Below, in pieces: positions 46,974 through 55,750 of a stretch of DNA of 64,000 bases. Position numbers and translations under genes: made by a program. The DNA comes from Alphaproteobacteria bacterium (GTDB taxonomy: Bacteria; Pseudomonadota; Alphaproteobacteria; Rs-D84): contig JAFQTD010000034.1 of NCBI GenBank assembly GCA_017409215.1, forward strand, positions 431 to 64,430, given 5' to 3'. The notes beneath the pieces are model-generated. The model made no database searches. It was not told the origin of the DNA and saw only the letters and a program-made list of their open reading frames with translations. The first letter of the stretch is position 1. Every line of letters starts with the position of its first letter.

Positions 46974-47651
46974 TTAGTTGATTTTGTAAAAAACGCTATC
47001 AAGTGGATCGCCATCACCTTCGACGATTTTGTATTCACTGACACGCAACCCCAATGGGTTATCGATACGTCCTGCCGTATCTATCTCTGTATCACCGATT
47101 TCTTTTAATTTGATTTGAACGGTATAGTTTTTGGCGCTGTTTGTTAAAACGTCCCCATTAATATCGGTACAAAAATAGCGAAAGTTGATTCTGTATGCAT
47201 TTTCAGACGCAAAGTACATCATTTTATCTTCATACGACACATGGCACGAGAAGTCAAAATCTGACGTCGTTCCCATAATTCCCTTGAACATTTCGGTATT
47301 GATAAAGTCCGCATAAACATCTTCTGCTGACATTGCGCGCACTTTACCATTCCAGATATTCTGCATAGTTTCTGTGTTGTTAAACACTTCGTTCCTGTGT
47401 CTAATATATTCACGAATAAAGGCGCGTTTGTACAATTCAATATTTTTATCATTGTTTGCTGTTGACATTTCAACCAGCCTTACTGTCTTAGCACTAGATG
47501 GTTCTGTCAATAAAAAGAATATCTGTGGTCTGTTCAGCGGGAAAGTTTTTATCAGCGCAATCAGCAAACCAACCAGCACAACAATTGCAGTTGCGCACAC
47601 AAAGACCAGCAGTCTTGATACTAAAATCGGCGGTTCTACGCGTTTTGACAC
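46974..47651 (-). CDS. virB8: VirB8-family T4SS protein
   Basis: 225 aa with a single N-terminal TM, an NTF2-like periplasmic part with FIREYIRHRN, and the C-terminal NPLGLRVSEYKI motif (compare NPLGFQVTSY). First gene of the operon. Confidence 0.8.
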   Translation of the reverse strand: MSKRVEPPILVSRLLVFVCATAIVVLVGLLIALIKTFPLNRPQIFFLLTEPSSAKTVRLVEMSTANNDKNIELYKRAFIREYIRHRNEVFNNTETMQNIWNGKVRAMSAEDVYADFINTEMFKGIMGTTSDFDFSCHVSYEDKMMYFASENAYRINFRYFCTDINGDVLTNSAKNYTVQIKLKEIGDTEIDTAGRIDNPLGLRVSEYKIVEGDGDPLDSVFYKIN

Positions 47652-47872
47652 AAAATCCTTCCTATCAATTTAAAATGATTGTAGAAAAAAATATATAACT
47701 TATGCAAGAAAAAACTAATATAAAAGTTGCAAAAACGACCGATTAAATTTTTCTTGCACAAAACAAGCAAAAATATTATAATATTTCCGCTTGATTTTTT
47801 GTATTTGTGTGCTATTCTTTTGCGGACTGTATATAATGGCATGCGGTACGTCGGGCTAAAAAAAGCAGCCAC

Positions 47873-47946
47873 AGGGGCATAGTTCAACGGTAGAATATCG
47901 GTCTCCAAAACCGCGGATGAGGGTTCGATTCCTTCTGCCCCTGCCA
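47873..47946 (+). tRNA. tRNA-Trp (anticodon CCA)
   Basis: Acceptor AGGGGCA/TGCCCCT, anticodon loop CTCCAAA, T-arm GAGGG TTCGATT CCTTC, 3' GCCA. It sits in the classical position upstream of secE-nusG. Confidence 0.9.
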
Positions 47947-48007
47947 GATTTCTAAGGGGTGTTGTTATATATGGTTGCGGGTAAATTACGTAATACTGGA
48001 CAGTTTT

Positions 48008-48187
48008 ATGAAAAAAATACTGGATTTTTTTAAGTCGGTTCGCAGTGAATGGTTCAAGATTGTATGGCCATCACGCGATACTGTTGTGCGTTCAACAATA
48101 ATGATATTGGTGTTTTCTGGATTGGCGACACTGTTTTTCTTTGTAGTGGACAGTGTGTTGAATGCGTTGGTTGGTTGGATTTTTTAA
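48008..48187 (+). CDS. secE: Preprotein translocase subunit SecE
   Basis: FFKSVRSEWFKIVWPSRD followed by one TM; about 59 aa from MKKIL; lies between tRNA-Trp and nusG. Confidence 0.88.
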   Translation: MKKILDFFKSVRSEWFKIVWPSRDTVVRSTIMILVFSGLATLFFFVVDSVLNALVGWIF

Positions 48188-48208
48188 TGCTGGCAAAGGA
48201 TGTGCGAT

Positions 48209-48742
48209 ATGGAAGAAAGAATGCAGTGGTTTGTTGTTAATGTTCATACTGGGTGCGAAGACAAGGTTGCGCGCGGTTTGCGTGAACAGATTGATAAACG
48301 TCGCTTGAATGCTTTATTTGGCGAAATTTTGGTTCCGACACGTGAAGTGACCGAGATTAAGGGTGGTCGTCGCGTAAAAAGCGAAAAGAAATTTTTCCCG
48401 GGCTACATTGTTGTCCAGATGGTTATGAATAATGAAACTTTTTCGCTGGTAAAATTGATGCCTCAGGTTGTTATGTTCTTGGGTGCCAAGAACAAGCCGA
48501 TTGCTGTCAGCGAAGAAGAAGCACGTCGTTTGTTAAAACAGGTCGAAGAAGGTTCTGTTGTTGCAGATGATGTTCAGTACGAAGTTGGGCAAGAAGTGCA
48601 TGTTATCGACGGGCCGTTTGCTGGCTTTAATGGCGTCGCGTCAGAGGTTGATAATGTCAAGCAGAAAATGACGGTGACTGTATTGGTGTTTGGTCGTGAA
48701 ACCAGTATGGAGCTGGAGTTTGAACAGGTTGAAAGGGTTTAA
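48209..48742 (+). CDS. nusG: Transcription termination/antitermination factor NusG
   Basis: WFVVNVHTGCEDKV NGN domain, FPGYIVVQM, and the KOW motif GQEVHVIDGPFAGFNG. Start at 48209 is preferred (RBS aaagga 8 nt upstream); 48200 is also possible. Confidence 0.93.
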   Translation: MEERMQWFVVNVHTGCEDKVARGLREQIDKRRLNALFGEILVPTREVTEIKGGRRVKSEKKFFPGYIVVQMVMNNETFSLVKLMPQVVMFLGAKNKPIAVSEEEARRLLKQVEEGSVVADDVQYEVGQEVHVIDGPFAGFNGVASEVDNVKQKMTVTVLVFGRETSMELEFEQVERV

Positions 48743-48743
48743 G

Positions 48744-48929
48744 ATGGATGTTCGTAAAAATCCTAAAACCAACAAGATAGAGTATGTAATCACACGCGAA
48801 GATGTTATTCGTTATGTGCAGAAATTTCGTGAGTCTGAAGAAATGAAAGAATATCTTGCGAAGTTTGAAAAAATGCGTGAAGATTATAAACTGTCTATAC
48901 TAAAATCTGCCGAACGCGGTGGAAGATAA
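48744..48929 (+). CDS. Small hypothetical ORF (61 aa, Lys/Glu-rich) between nusG and rplK
   Basis: The ATG lies immediately after the nusG stop. No motif; coding status uncertain. Confidence 0.3.
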   Translation: MDVRKNPKTNKIEYVITREDVIRYVQKFRESEEMKEYLAKFEKMREDYKLSILKSAERGGR

Positions 48930-49048
48930 AGTTTCTGTCTGGGCGATTCGGTAAACGAATTGTCTGGCAAAAAACTGTGGTAGATACGCCATATCGAACC
49001 ACAGCACATTCAGGTGCAATAACGCACCGCAAAAAATGGAGTGAACAA

Positions 49049-49480
49049 ATGGCAAAAAAAGAAGTTAAGGGACTGGTAAAACTGGTTGTCCCTGCAAAGC
49101 AAGCGAATCCTGCGCCACCAATTGGTCCGGCTTTGGGTGCTGCTGGTGTGAACATTGCAGAATTCTGCAAACAGTTTAATGACAGGACTGCTGATAAAGA
49201 ACCTGGAATGCCAATTCCTTGCATTATCACAGTTTATACAGATCGCAGTTTCGAATTTATTATGAAATTGCCACCTGTTTCGTATTATATTAAAAAGGCA
49301 TTGAAATTAAAAATCGGTTCTCACAAACCTGGTCGTGACTTTGTTGGTACATTGACACAGGCGCAATTAAAAGAAATTGCCGAAGCAAAAATGCCAGACT
49401 TAAATTGCTCTACCATTGAATCAGCAATGAATATTGTTGCGGGTCAATGCCGTTCTATGGGCGTAAAGGTGGAGGAATAA
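49049..49480 (+). CDS. rplK: 50S ribosomal protein L11
   Basis: [30 protein letters not shown], the canonical L11. Start moved from the ORF-track Met. Confidence 0.95.
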   Translation: MAKKEVKGLVKLVVPAKQANPAPPIGPALGAAGVNIAEFCKQFNDRTADKEPGMPIPCIITVYTDRSFEFIMKLPPVSYYIKKALKLKIGSHKPGRDFVGTLTQAQLKEIAEAKMPDLNCSTIESAMNIVAGQCRSMGVKVEE

Positions 49481-49484
49481 TATC

Positions 49485-50159
49485 ATGAAATTGACTAAGA
49501 AACAGCAAACTTGGAAAAACTTGGACACAGACAAAGTTTATACTTTGGCCGAAGGTATCGAAGCGTTGCGTGAATACGCATCCAAGAAATTTGATGAAAC
49601 ACTAGAAATTGCAATTCGCTTAGGTATTGACGTGACCAAGGCAGACCAAAACATTCGTGGAATGTTGTCTTTGCCAAACGGTACTGGTAAAACTGTACGT
49701 GTTGCAGTATTTACAGCAAATGCCCAAGACGAAGCAAAGAAAGCTGGTGCAGACGTTGTTGGTGGCGAAGAATTGATTGATGCAGTTGCTGCAGGTAATA
49801 TTAACTTTGACCGCGTAATTGCAACACCTGATATGATGCCAAAAATGTCAAAAATTGCACGTGTTTTAGGGCCTAAGGGTTTGATGCCAAACCCAAAATT
49901 GGGTACTGTGACAAACAACGTTGCAGATGCAGTTGCGACTGCCAAGGCTGGTCAAATTGAATATCGTGCGGAAAAGAAAGGTATTATTCACGCAGGTATT
50001 GGTAAAATGTCATTTGCGACAGAAAAATTGGTTGAAAACGCAAATGCATTGATTGACCAACTGAAAAAGGTTAAACCATCATCTACCAAGGGTCAGTACA
50101 TATTGGGTGTATCGATTGCAACAACCCAAGGGCCTGGTATCAAAGTAGATGCAAAATAA
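49485..50159 (+). CDS. rplA: 50S ribosomal protein L1
   Basis: 224 aa; FDETLEIAIRLGIDV...IRG..SLPNGTGK motif; rplK-rplA order. Confidence 0.95.
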   Translation: MKLTKKQQTWKNLDTDKVYTLAEGIEALREYASKKFDETLEIAIRLGIDVTKADQNIRGMLSLPNGTGKTVRVAVFTANAQDEAKKAGADVVGGEELIDAVAAGNINFDRVIATPDMMPKMSKIARVLGPKGLMPNPKLGTVTNNVADAVATAKAGQIEYRAEKKGIIHAGIGKMSFATEKLVENANALIDQLKKVKPSSTKGQYILGVSIATTQGPGIKVDAK

Positions 50160-50342
50160 TAACGTGCGACTGAATTAACATTCGGTCGCACAAACAGATT
50201 TCTGTCCAAGACTGATGGTGTGGTGACACTTAATTTCCATCATAGACAAAGAAAGATTCTTTGGGGCAGGAACCTTAGCCCCACCCAAGGGCAACCTTGG
50301 ATGGAAAGTTAACAAAAACAGAAGCTTGAAGGAAAAATAGAC
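50160..50342 (+). promoter_or_regulatory. rplA-rplJ intergenic leader with several hairpins (candidate L10 leader/attenuator)
   Basis: Hairpins gtgcgac...gtcgcac (just after rplA), ggggc aggaaccttag cccc and ccaagg gcaa ccttgg. The position equals the L10(L12)4 autoregulatory leader of other bacteria. Confidence 0.35.
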
Positions 50343-50822
50343 ATGAGACGCGAAGAAAAATCAGATTTGATTTCAGCGTTACAGTCGTCCCTGAAAGAAG
50401 CAAACGGTGTTTTCGTTATTGAAAACCATGGCTTGACTGTACAGGAATTCGAAGGGTTGCGTAATGAATTGCGCCCAATGGTATCCTTGTTCAAGGTTGT
50501 CAAGAATCGTTTGATGAAGTTGGCGTTAAAAGACACCGACTTTGAATCTGTATCCGATATGTTAAAACGTCCAACTGCGGTTGCTGTTGCAACAGACGGT
50601 TTGGCGGTCACCAAAGTATTGGCCAAATTTGCCGAAGAACATCCAAATTTGACAATCGTTGGTGGTAAAATGGATGCGGACGTTCTGGATGCGAACGGCG
50701 TATTGCAATTATCCAAGCTTCCTTCACTGTTGGAAATTCGTGGCACAATTGCGCGTATATTGGTCGAACCTGCATCGCGCCTTGCACGTGTTTCTGCAGA
50801 GTATGGAAAAAAAGAACAATAA
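50343..50822 (+). CDS. rplJ: 50S ribosomal protein L10
   Basis: 159 aa; position between rplA and rplL; typical L10 N-terminus (K..li..l...l.......v....GltV.e...LR). Confidence 0.92.
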   Translation: MRREEKSDLISALQSSLKEANGVFVIENHGLTVQEFEGLRNELRPMVSLFKVVKNRLMKLALKDTDFESVSDMLKRPTAVAVATDGLAVTKVLAKFAEEHPNLTIVGGKMDADVLDANGVLQLSKLPSLLEIRGTIARILVEPASRLARVSAEYGKKEQ

Positions 50823-50866
50823 ACATCAGAATAGGAATATTCTGACCTACCCAATAGGAGTAAAAA

Positions 50867-51232
50867 ATGGCAGACATTCAAAAATTAGTTGAAGAATTGT
50901 CAAAATTGACTGTTTTGGAAGCAGTTGAACTGTCCAAAGCATTAGAAGAAACATGGGGCGTAAGTGCTGCTGCTGCTGTTGCAGTTGCTGCTGGTCCTGC
51001 TGCAGCTGCTGCAGAAGAAAAGTCAGAATTTGACGTTGTCTTGGCAGAAATTGGCGCAAACAAATTGGCTGTTATCAAAGCGGTAAAAGAAGCAACAGGT
51101 CTTGGCTTGACCGAAGCAAAAGCTTTGGTAGAATCTGCACCAAAGGCAGTTAAAGAAGCCTTGGCAAAAGATGAAGCCGAAAAATTGAAGGCTGCATTAG
51201 AAGCCGCTGGTGCAAAGGTTGAATTGAAATAA
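50867..51232 (+). CDS. rplL: 50S ribosomal protein L7/L12
   Basis: Ala-rich hinge [19 protein letters not shown] and C-terminal domain [24 protein letters not shown]. Confidence 0.96.
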   Translation: MADIQKLVEELSKLTVLEAVELSKALEETWGVSAAAAVAVAAGPAAAAAEEKSEFDVVLAEIGANKLAVIKAVKEATGLGLTEAKALVESAPKAVKEALAKDEAEKLKAALEAAGAKVELK

Positions 51233-51511
51233 TTTAACTTTTAACCAAAACGGTTTTTTATAACCGTTTCGTGGAAACACGAAAAAACGCCGCCCACCTA
51301 GGGGAAACCCTATGTGGGCACCAAGGCGTAAAAACAGTAAAAAAACAAAAAATACAAAAAGCGGATTGAAAAAGGAGATTATTAAACAAATAAATGGAAT
51401 TTACAAAGACTGAAAATACCATTTAAGAATATAGATATTCAAATTTGTTTAAGAATCTCATTTTTTTAACCGCTTCGTTTGCAAAACGCACAGAATAAAG
51501 GATTAAAACCG

Positions 51512-54500
51512 ATGGCAGTTATCCAGAAACTAAGAAAATCTTTTGGGAAAAGTTTTTTGCAAACTCCGCTTCCTGATTTAGTTGAAATACAATATAATTC
51601 CTACAAGGATTTCTTGCAGGCAGATGTTGAACCCCAGAATCGCAAAAATATGGGGTTGCAAAATGTGTTTTCTTCAATGTTTCCAATCAAAGACTATGCC
51701 GGCATTGCCGATTTAGAATTTGTTGAATATACATTGGACAAACCTGTCTATAATGTAAAAGAATGCATGTTGCGCAATATGACATATTCCAGCAAGTTGA
51801 AATTGAAGCTGAGATTGATTTTATGGGACATCGCCGAAGATGGCAAAAAAACTTTGCGTGATATCAAAGAACAAGAAATATTTATGGGCGAAGTTCCACT
51901 TATGACAGAACGCGGCAGTTTTATCGCCTCTGGGGTAGAGCGGGTTATTGTTTCCCAGATGCATCGTGCCCAAGGTGTAGTATTCGCAACAACCAAAGAA
52001 GCCAAGATTGCTGGCAATCCTGTCACATATACGGCACGTATTATCCCAGAACATGGTTCCTGGATTGATTTCGAAGAATCCAAGGGTGTTATTTATGTTC
52101 GTATTGACCGCCGTCGCAAGATTCCTGCAACTGTCTTGTTGCGTTGCTTGCCTGCGGCCGAAGATGAAAAGAAATGGCTGGCTGATCCACGCAAGACCAC
52201 AATTCGTGGTATGTCTGATGCCGAAATTTTATCTGCTTTCTACAAGCGCATCCCTCTATCATTCGATGGCAAACTTTGGACAGGTGACATCACCAGTTTT
52301 GAAGGTTTGGATAAATACCGTCTGAATTATGATTTGATTAATCCAAAAGATAAAGCGGTTTTGGCATCCAAGGGCGACAGATTAAACGCAAAACGTATGA
52401 AAAAGATTTCAGACGCATCCAAGAAGTTTGGAATTTTACCAGAATCCTTGGTCGGTGAATATCTGTTTGATGCGGTAATGAATGGCGAAGAAGTTGTCTT
52501 CCCAGCTGGCACAGAAATAACCGAAGAAGTCTTGAACGATTTGGATAAAATGAACGTCAAAGAAATCAGTTTGATTTCAATTGATAATGCCACAATCAGC
52601 GCGCATATTCGCAACACTTTGATGGCGGACAAAACAACCAATCGTGAAGAAGCCTTGATTGAAATATACAACATCATTCGTCCTGGTGAACGTCCAACCC
52701 TAGAAGCGGCAATTAATCTGTTTATGCGCCAAGGTTTCGATGCGACATATTACGATTTGTCTGCTGTTGGTCGTTTCAAAATGAACAAACGTTTGAAAAT
52801 CGATTCCGGTAAAAAACCAGAAGACGAACGTTTATTGACCAAGGCGGATTTCTTGGCGGTGTTAAAGACATTAACAAATATTATCGACCGCAAGGACACA
52901 GTTGATGATATTGATAATCTGTCTAATCGTCGTGTTCGTACGGTCGGTGAATTATTGGAACAGAATTTCCGCACCGGTATGGTTCGTATTGAACGTTTGG
53001 TTCGTGAAAGCTTGTCTTCACCAAACATTGCAAATATGCAACCCCAAGATGTTATCAATGTAAAACCATTGATGTCATTGGTGTCTGAATTCTTGGGAAC
53101 GTCTCAATTATCACAGTTTATGGACGCATATAATCCATTATCAGAATTGGAACACAAGCGTCGTATTTCTGCATTGGGACCTGGCGGTTTGAATCGTGAA
53201 CGTGCTGGCATTGATGTTCGTGACGTTCATCCAACACACTATGGTCGTCTATGTCCAATTCACACCCCCGAAGGTGCAAATATTGGTTTGATTAATCACA
53301 TGGCTGCTTATGCACGTGTGAATCCATACGGGTTTATTGAAACACCATATTACGTTGTTGAAAACAGTCGTATCACTGATAAATTGGTATACTTGACTGC
53401 CGATGAAGAATTGGGTCACAAAATTGCCCAGGGTAATACCCCAACAACGAATGCTGGTGTTTTGGCCGAAGATATGGTGACCGCACGTGTTGACGGTGAA
53501 TTTACGATGGTACCAAAAGAAGAAATTGACTTGATTGACGTTGAACCACGTCAGGTTGTGTCAATTGCAACTGGTTTGATACCATTCGTTGAAAATGACG
53601 ACGCGAACCGTGCATTGATGGGTTCGAATATGCAACGTCAGGCCGTTCCACTATTGCGTGTACAGGCACCATTGGTTGGTACTGGTATAGAACGCGAAGT
53701 TGCACGTGATTCCCGCACAGGCAAGGTTGCAAAGCACAGTGGTATTGTTGAATCTGTTGATGCAAACCGTATTGTGGTAAAATGTATGAACAGTCGCAAC
53801 GTTGTGACGGGTGTTGACATTTATAACCTTGAAAAGTTTGAACGTTCCAACAGTGAAACGCTTATCCATCAGAAGCCATTGGTCAAGGTTGGTGATCGTA
53901 TTTCTGCAGGCGACATTATTGCAGACGGTTCATCAATGAACTATGGTGATTTGGCATTGGGGCGCAATGTATTGGTTGCCTTTATGCCATGGCGTGGATA
54001 TAACTACGAAGACTCTATCGTAATTTCTGAAAAGATTTCACGTGATGACGTATTTACATCTGTAAAAATCGTTGAAAAGGAATTCAAAGTTCGTGATACC
54101 CAGCTGGGGCCAGAGGCATTAACCCGCGACATTCCAAACATTGGTGAAGAAGCCCTAAAGAATCTGGACGAATCTGGTATTATTTATGTTGGTGCGCGCG
54201 TAAAGCAGGGCGACATATTGGTCGGTCGTGTCACACCAAAATCAGAAACACTATTAACCCCAGAAGAGGCTTTGTTGCGTAATATCTTTGGTGAAAAAGC
54301 ATTGAATGTAAAGGACACATCATTGCGCGTTGGGCCAAACGAAGAAGGTACAGTTATTGGTGTAAACGTTCTGACACGTCATGGTGTCAAAAAGGATGAA
54401 CGCACACAAATGATTGAACTGCAAAAAATCGAAGCTATCAACAAAGATCGCGAAGAAGAAATCACGATTATTGAAAAAGGCTTTGCAGATCAAGTATTTC

Positions 54501-55648
54501 AGATTGCAGAAAATATGGTGATTGAATCTGGTACCGGCAGTTTGAAACCTTTTGTTGGCAAGAAATTGACATCCGAAGTGTTCGAAGGCATTCGTCCATC
54601 AGATTTAAAGAAACTGGTTGTTTCCGACAAGGAGGCCCAGACCAAGATAGAAGAATTGCGTGAACAACACTTGATAAAGTTAAAGCAATTAAATGAAAAG
54701 GCCGATGCAGAAGTCGCCAAAGCAACAGAAAGCAATTCATTGAATGCCGGTGTATTAAAAGAAGTAAAAGTATACATTGCACACAAAATGAAATTGCAAC
54801 CTGGTGATAAAATGGCAGGACGCCATGGAAACAAGGGTATCGTATCCAAGGTTGTTCCAGTTGAAGATATGCCATATCTTGCGGATGGAACACCTGTTGA
54901 TATTGTTTTGAATCCATTGGGTGTGCCATCACGTATGAACATTGGTCAGATACTGGAAACCCATCTTGGGATGGCGGCCCGTACATTGGGTGCCCAGATT
55001 GGTGCGGTTCTGGACGAAGTCAAGGCCAAACGTGCTGTCACAGACGATTTGCGTTCAGTAATGGGCAAGGTATATGGCAAAGAAATTGCGGACAAGCTGG
55101 AAAAAATGACAGACACAGATGTTCGTGCACAGGCGGCATTACTGCGTGACGGTGTTCCGATGGCGACACCAACATTTGATGGTGCGACTGCCGAAGACAT
55201 TCGTGGTATGTTAAAGATGGCTGGTTTACCAGAAACGGGTCAGTTTGATTTGTACGATGGTATGACTGGTGAAAAATTTGCCCGTCCTGTGACTGTTGGT
55301 GTTATGTACATGCTGAAGTTGCATCATTTTGTAGATGACAAAATTCACGCACGTTCTGTTGCTAATTATTCATTGGTGACACAGCAACCATTGTCTGGTA
55401 AGGCCCACATGGGTGGTCAGCGTTTGGGTGAAATGGAAGTTTGGGCGCTTGAAGCCCATGGTGCAGCGCACTTATTGCGTGAAATGTTGACGGTAAAATC
55501 TGACGACATTACCGGCCGTAACAAGATGTATGAATCCATCATTAACGGCAACAACGACATTCAAACCGGCACGCCTGAGGCATTTAACGTACTTGTACGT
55601 GAATTGCGTGGGTTGGGCTTGGCGATGACACCAAAAAAAATTGATTAG
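51512..55648 (+). CDS. rpoB: DNA-directed RNA polymerase subunit beta
   Basis: Conserved blocks are present, e.g. SQLSQFMD..NPLSE..HKRRISALGPGGL, GRHGNKG and NPLGVPSRMNIGQ. Start taken at MAVIQK with an aagga RBS. Confidence 0.97.
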   Translation: MAVIQKLRKSFGKSFLQTPLPDLVEIQYNSYKDFLQADVEPQNRKNMGLQNVFSSMFPIKDYAGIADLEFVEYTLDKPVYNVKECMLRNMTYSSKLKLKLRLILWDIAEDGKKTLRDIKEQEIFMGEVPLMTERGSFIASGVERVIVSQMHRAQGVVFATTKEAKIAGNPVTYTARIIPEHGSWIDFEESKGVIYVRIDRRRKIPATVLLRCLPAAEDEKKWLADPRKTTIRGMSDAEILSAFYKRIPLSFDGKLWTGDITSFEGLDKYRLNYDLINPKDKAVLASKGDRLNAKRMKKISDASKKFGILPESLVGEYLFDAVMNGEEVVFPAGTEITEEVLNDLDKMNVKEISLISIDNATISAHIRNTLMADKTTNREEALIEIYNIIRPGERPTLEAAINLFMRQGFDATYYDLSAVGRFKMNKRLKIDSGKKPEDERLLTKADFLAVLKTLTNIIDRKDTVDDIDNLSNRRVRTVGELLEQNFRTGMVRIERLVRESLSSPNIANMQPQDVINVKPLMSLVSEFLGTSQLSQFMDAYNPLSELEHKRRISALGPGGLNRERAGIDVRDVHPTHYGRLCPIHTPEGANIGLINHMAAYARVNPYGFIETPYYVVENSRITDKLVYLTADEELGHKIAQGNTPTTNAGVLAEDMVTARVDGEFTMVPKEEIDLIDVEPRQVVSIATGLIPFVENDDANRALMGSNMQRQAVPLLRVQAPLVGTGIEREVARDSRTGKVAKHSGIVESVDANRIVVKCMNSRNVVTGVDIYNLEKFERSNSETLIHQKPLVKVGDRISAGDIIADGSSMNYGDLALGRNVLVAFMPWRGYNYEDSIVISEKISRDDVFTSVKIVEKEFKVRDTQLGPEALTRDIPNIGEEALKNLDESGIIYVGARVKQGDILVGRVTPKSETLLTPEEALLRNIFGEKALNVKDTSLRVGPNEEGTVIGVNVLTRHGVKKDERTQMIELQKIEAINKDREEEITIIEKGFADQVFQIAENMVIESGTGSLKPFVGKKLTSEVFEGIRPSDLKKLVVSDKEAQTKIEELREQHLIKLKQLNEKADAEVAKATESNSLNAGVLKEVKVYIAHKMKLQPGDKMAGRHGNKGIVSKVVPVEDMPYLADGTPVDIVLNPLGVPSRMNIGQILETHLGMAARTLGAQIGAVLDEVKAKRAVTDDLRSVMGKVYGKEIADKLEKMTDTDVRAQAALLRDGVPMATPTFDGATAEDIRGMLKMAGLPETGQFDLYDGMTGEKFARPVTVGVMYMLKLHHFVDDKIHARSVANYSLVTQQPLSGKAHMGGQRLGEMEVWALEAHGAAHLLREMLTVKSDDITGRNKMYESIINGNNDIQTGTPEAFNVLVRELRGLGLAMTPKKID

Positions 55649-55750
55649 TGGTTAAGATTTCTCCCCAGGTTGGCAAATGGCAACTTGGGGGAAACACCCT
55701 AACTGCTAACCACTAACAACTTTTTAAGCGACTGAAAGGAGCAAAATATA

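Noticed and set aside
47636-47908. 90-aa minus-strand ORF upstream of virB8, considered as a possible VirB7-like small protein
   Set aside because: It overlaps tRNA-Trp and the virB8 start, has no lipobox or signal peptide, and has odd composition. It is most likely spurious.
40452-47946. The virB8-10 region as a genomic island integrated at tRNA-Trp
   Set aside because: The island lies on the 5' side of the tRNA gene, whereas integrases normally target the 3' end. No integrase gene and no direct repeat of the tRNA 3' end were seen. It cannot be supported from this window.
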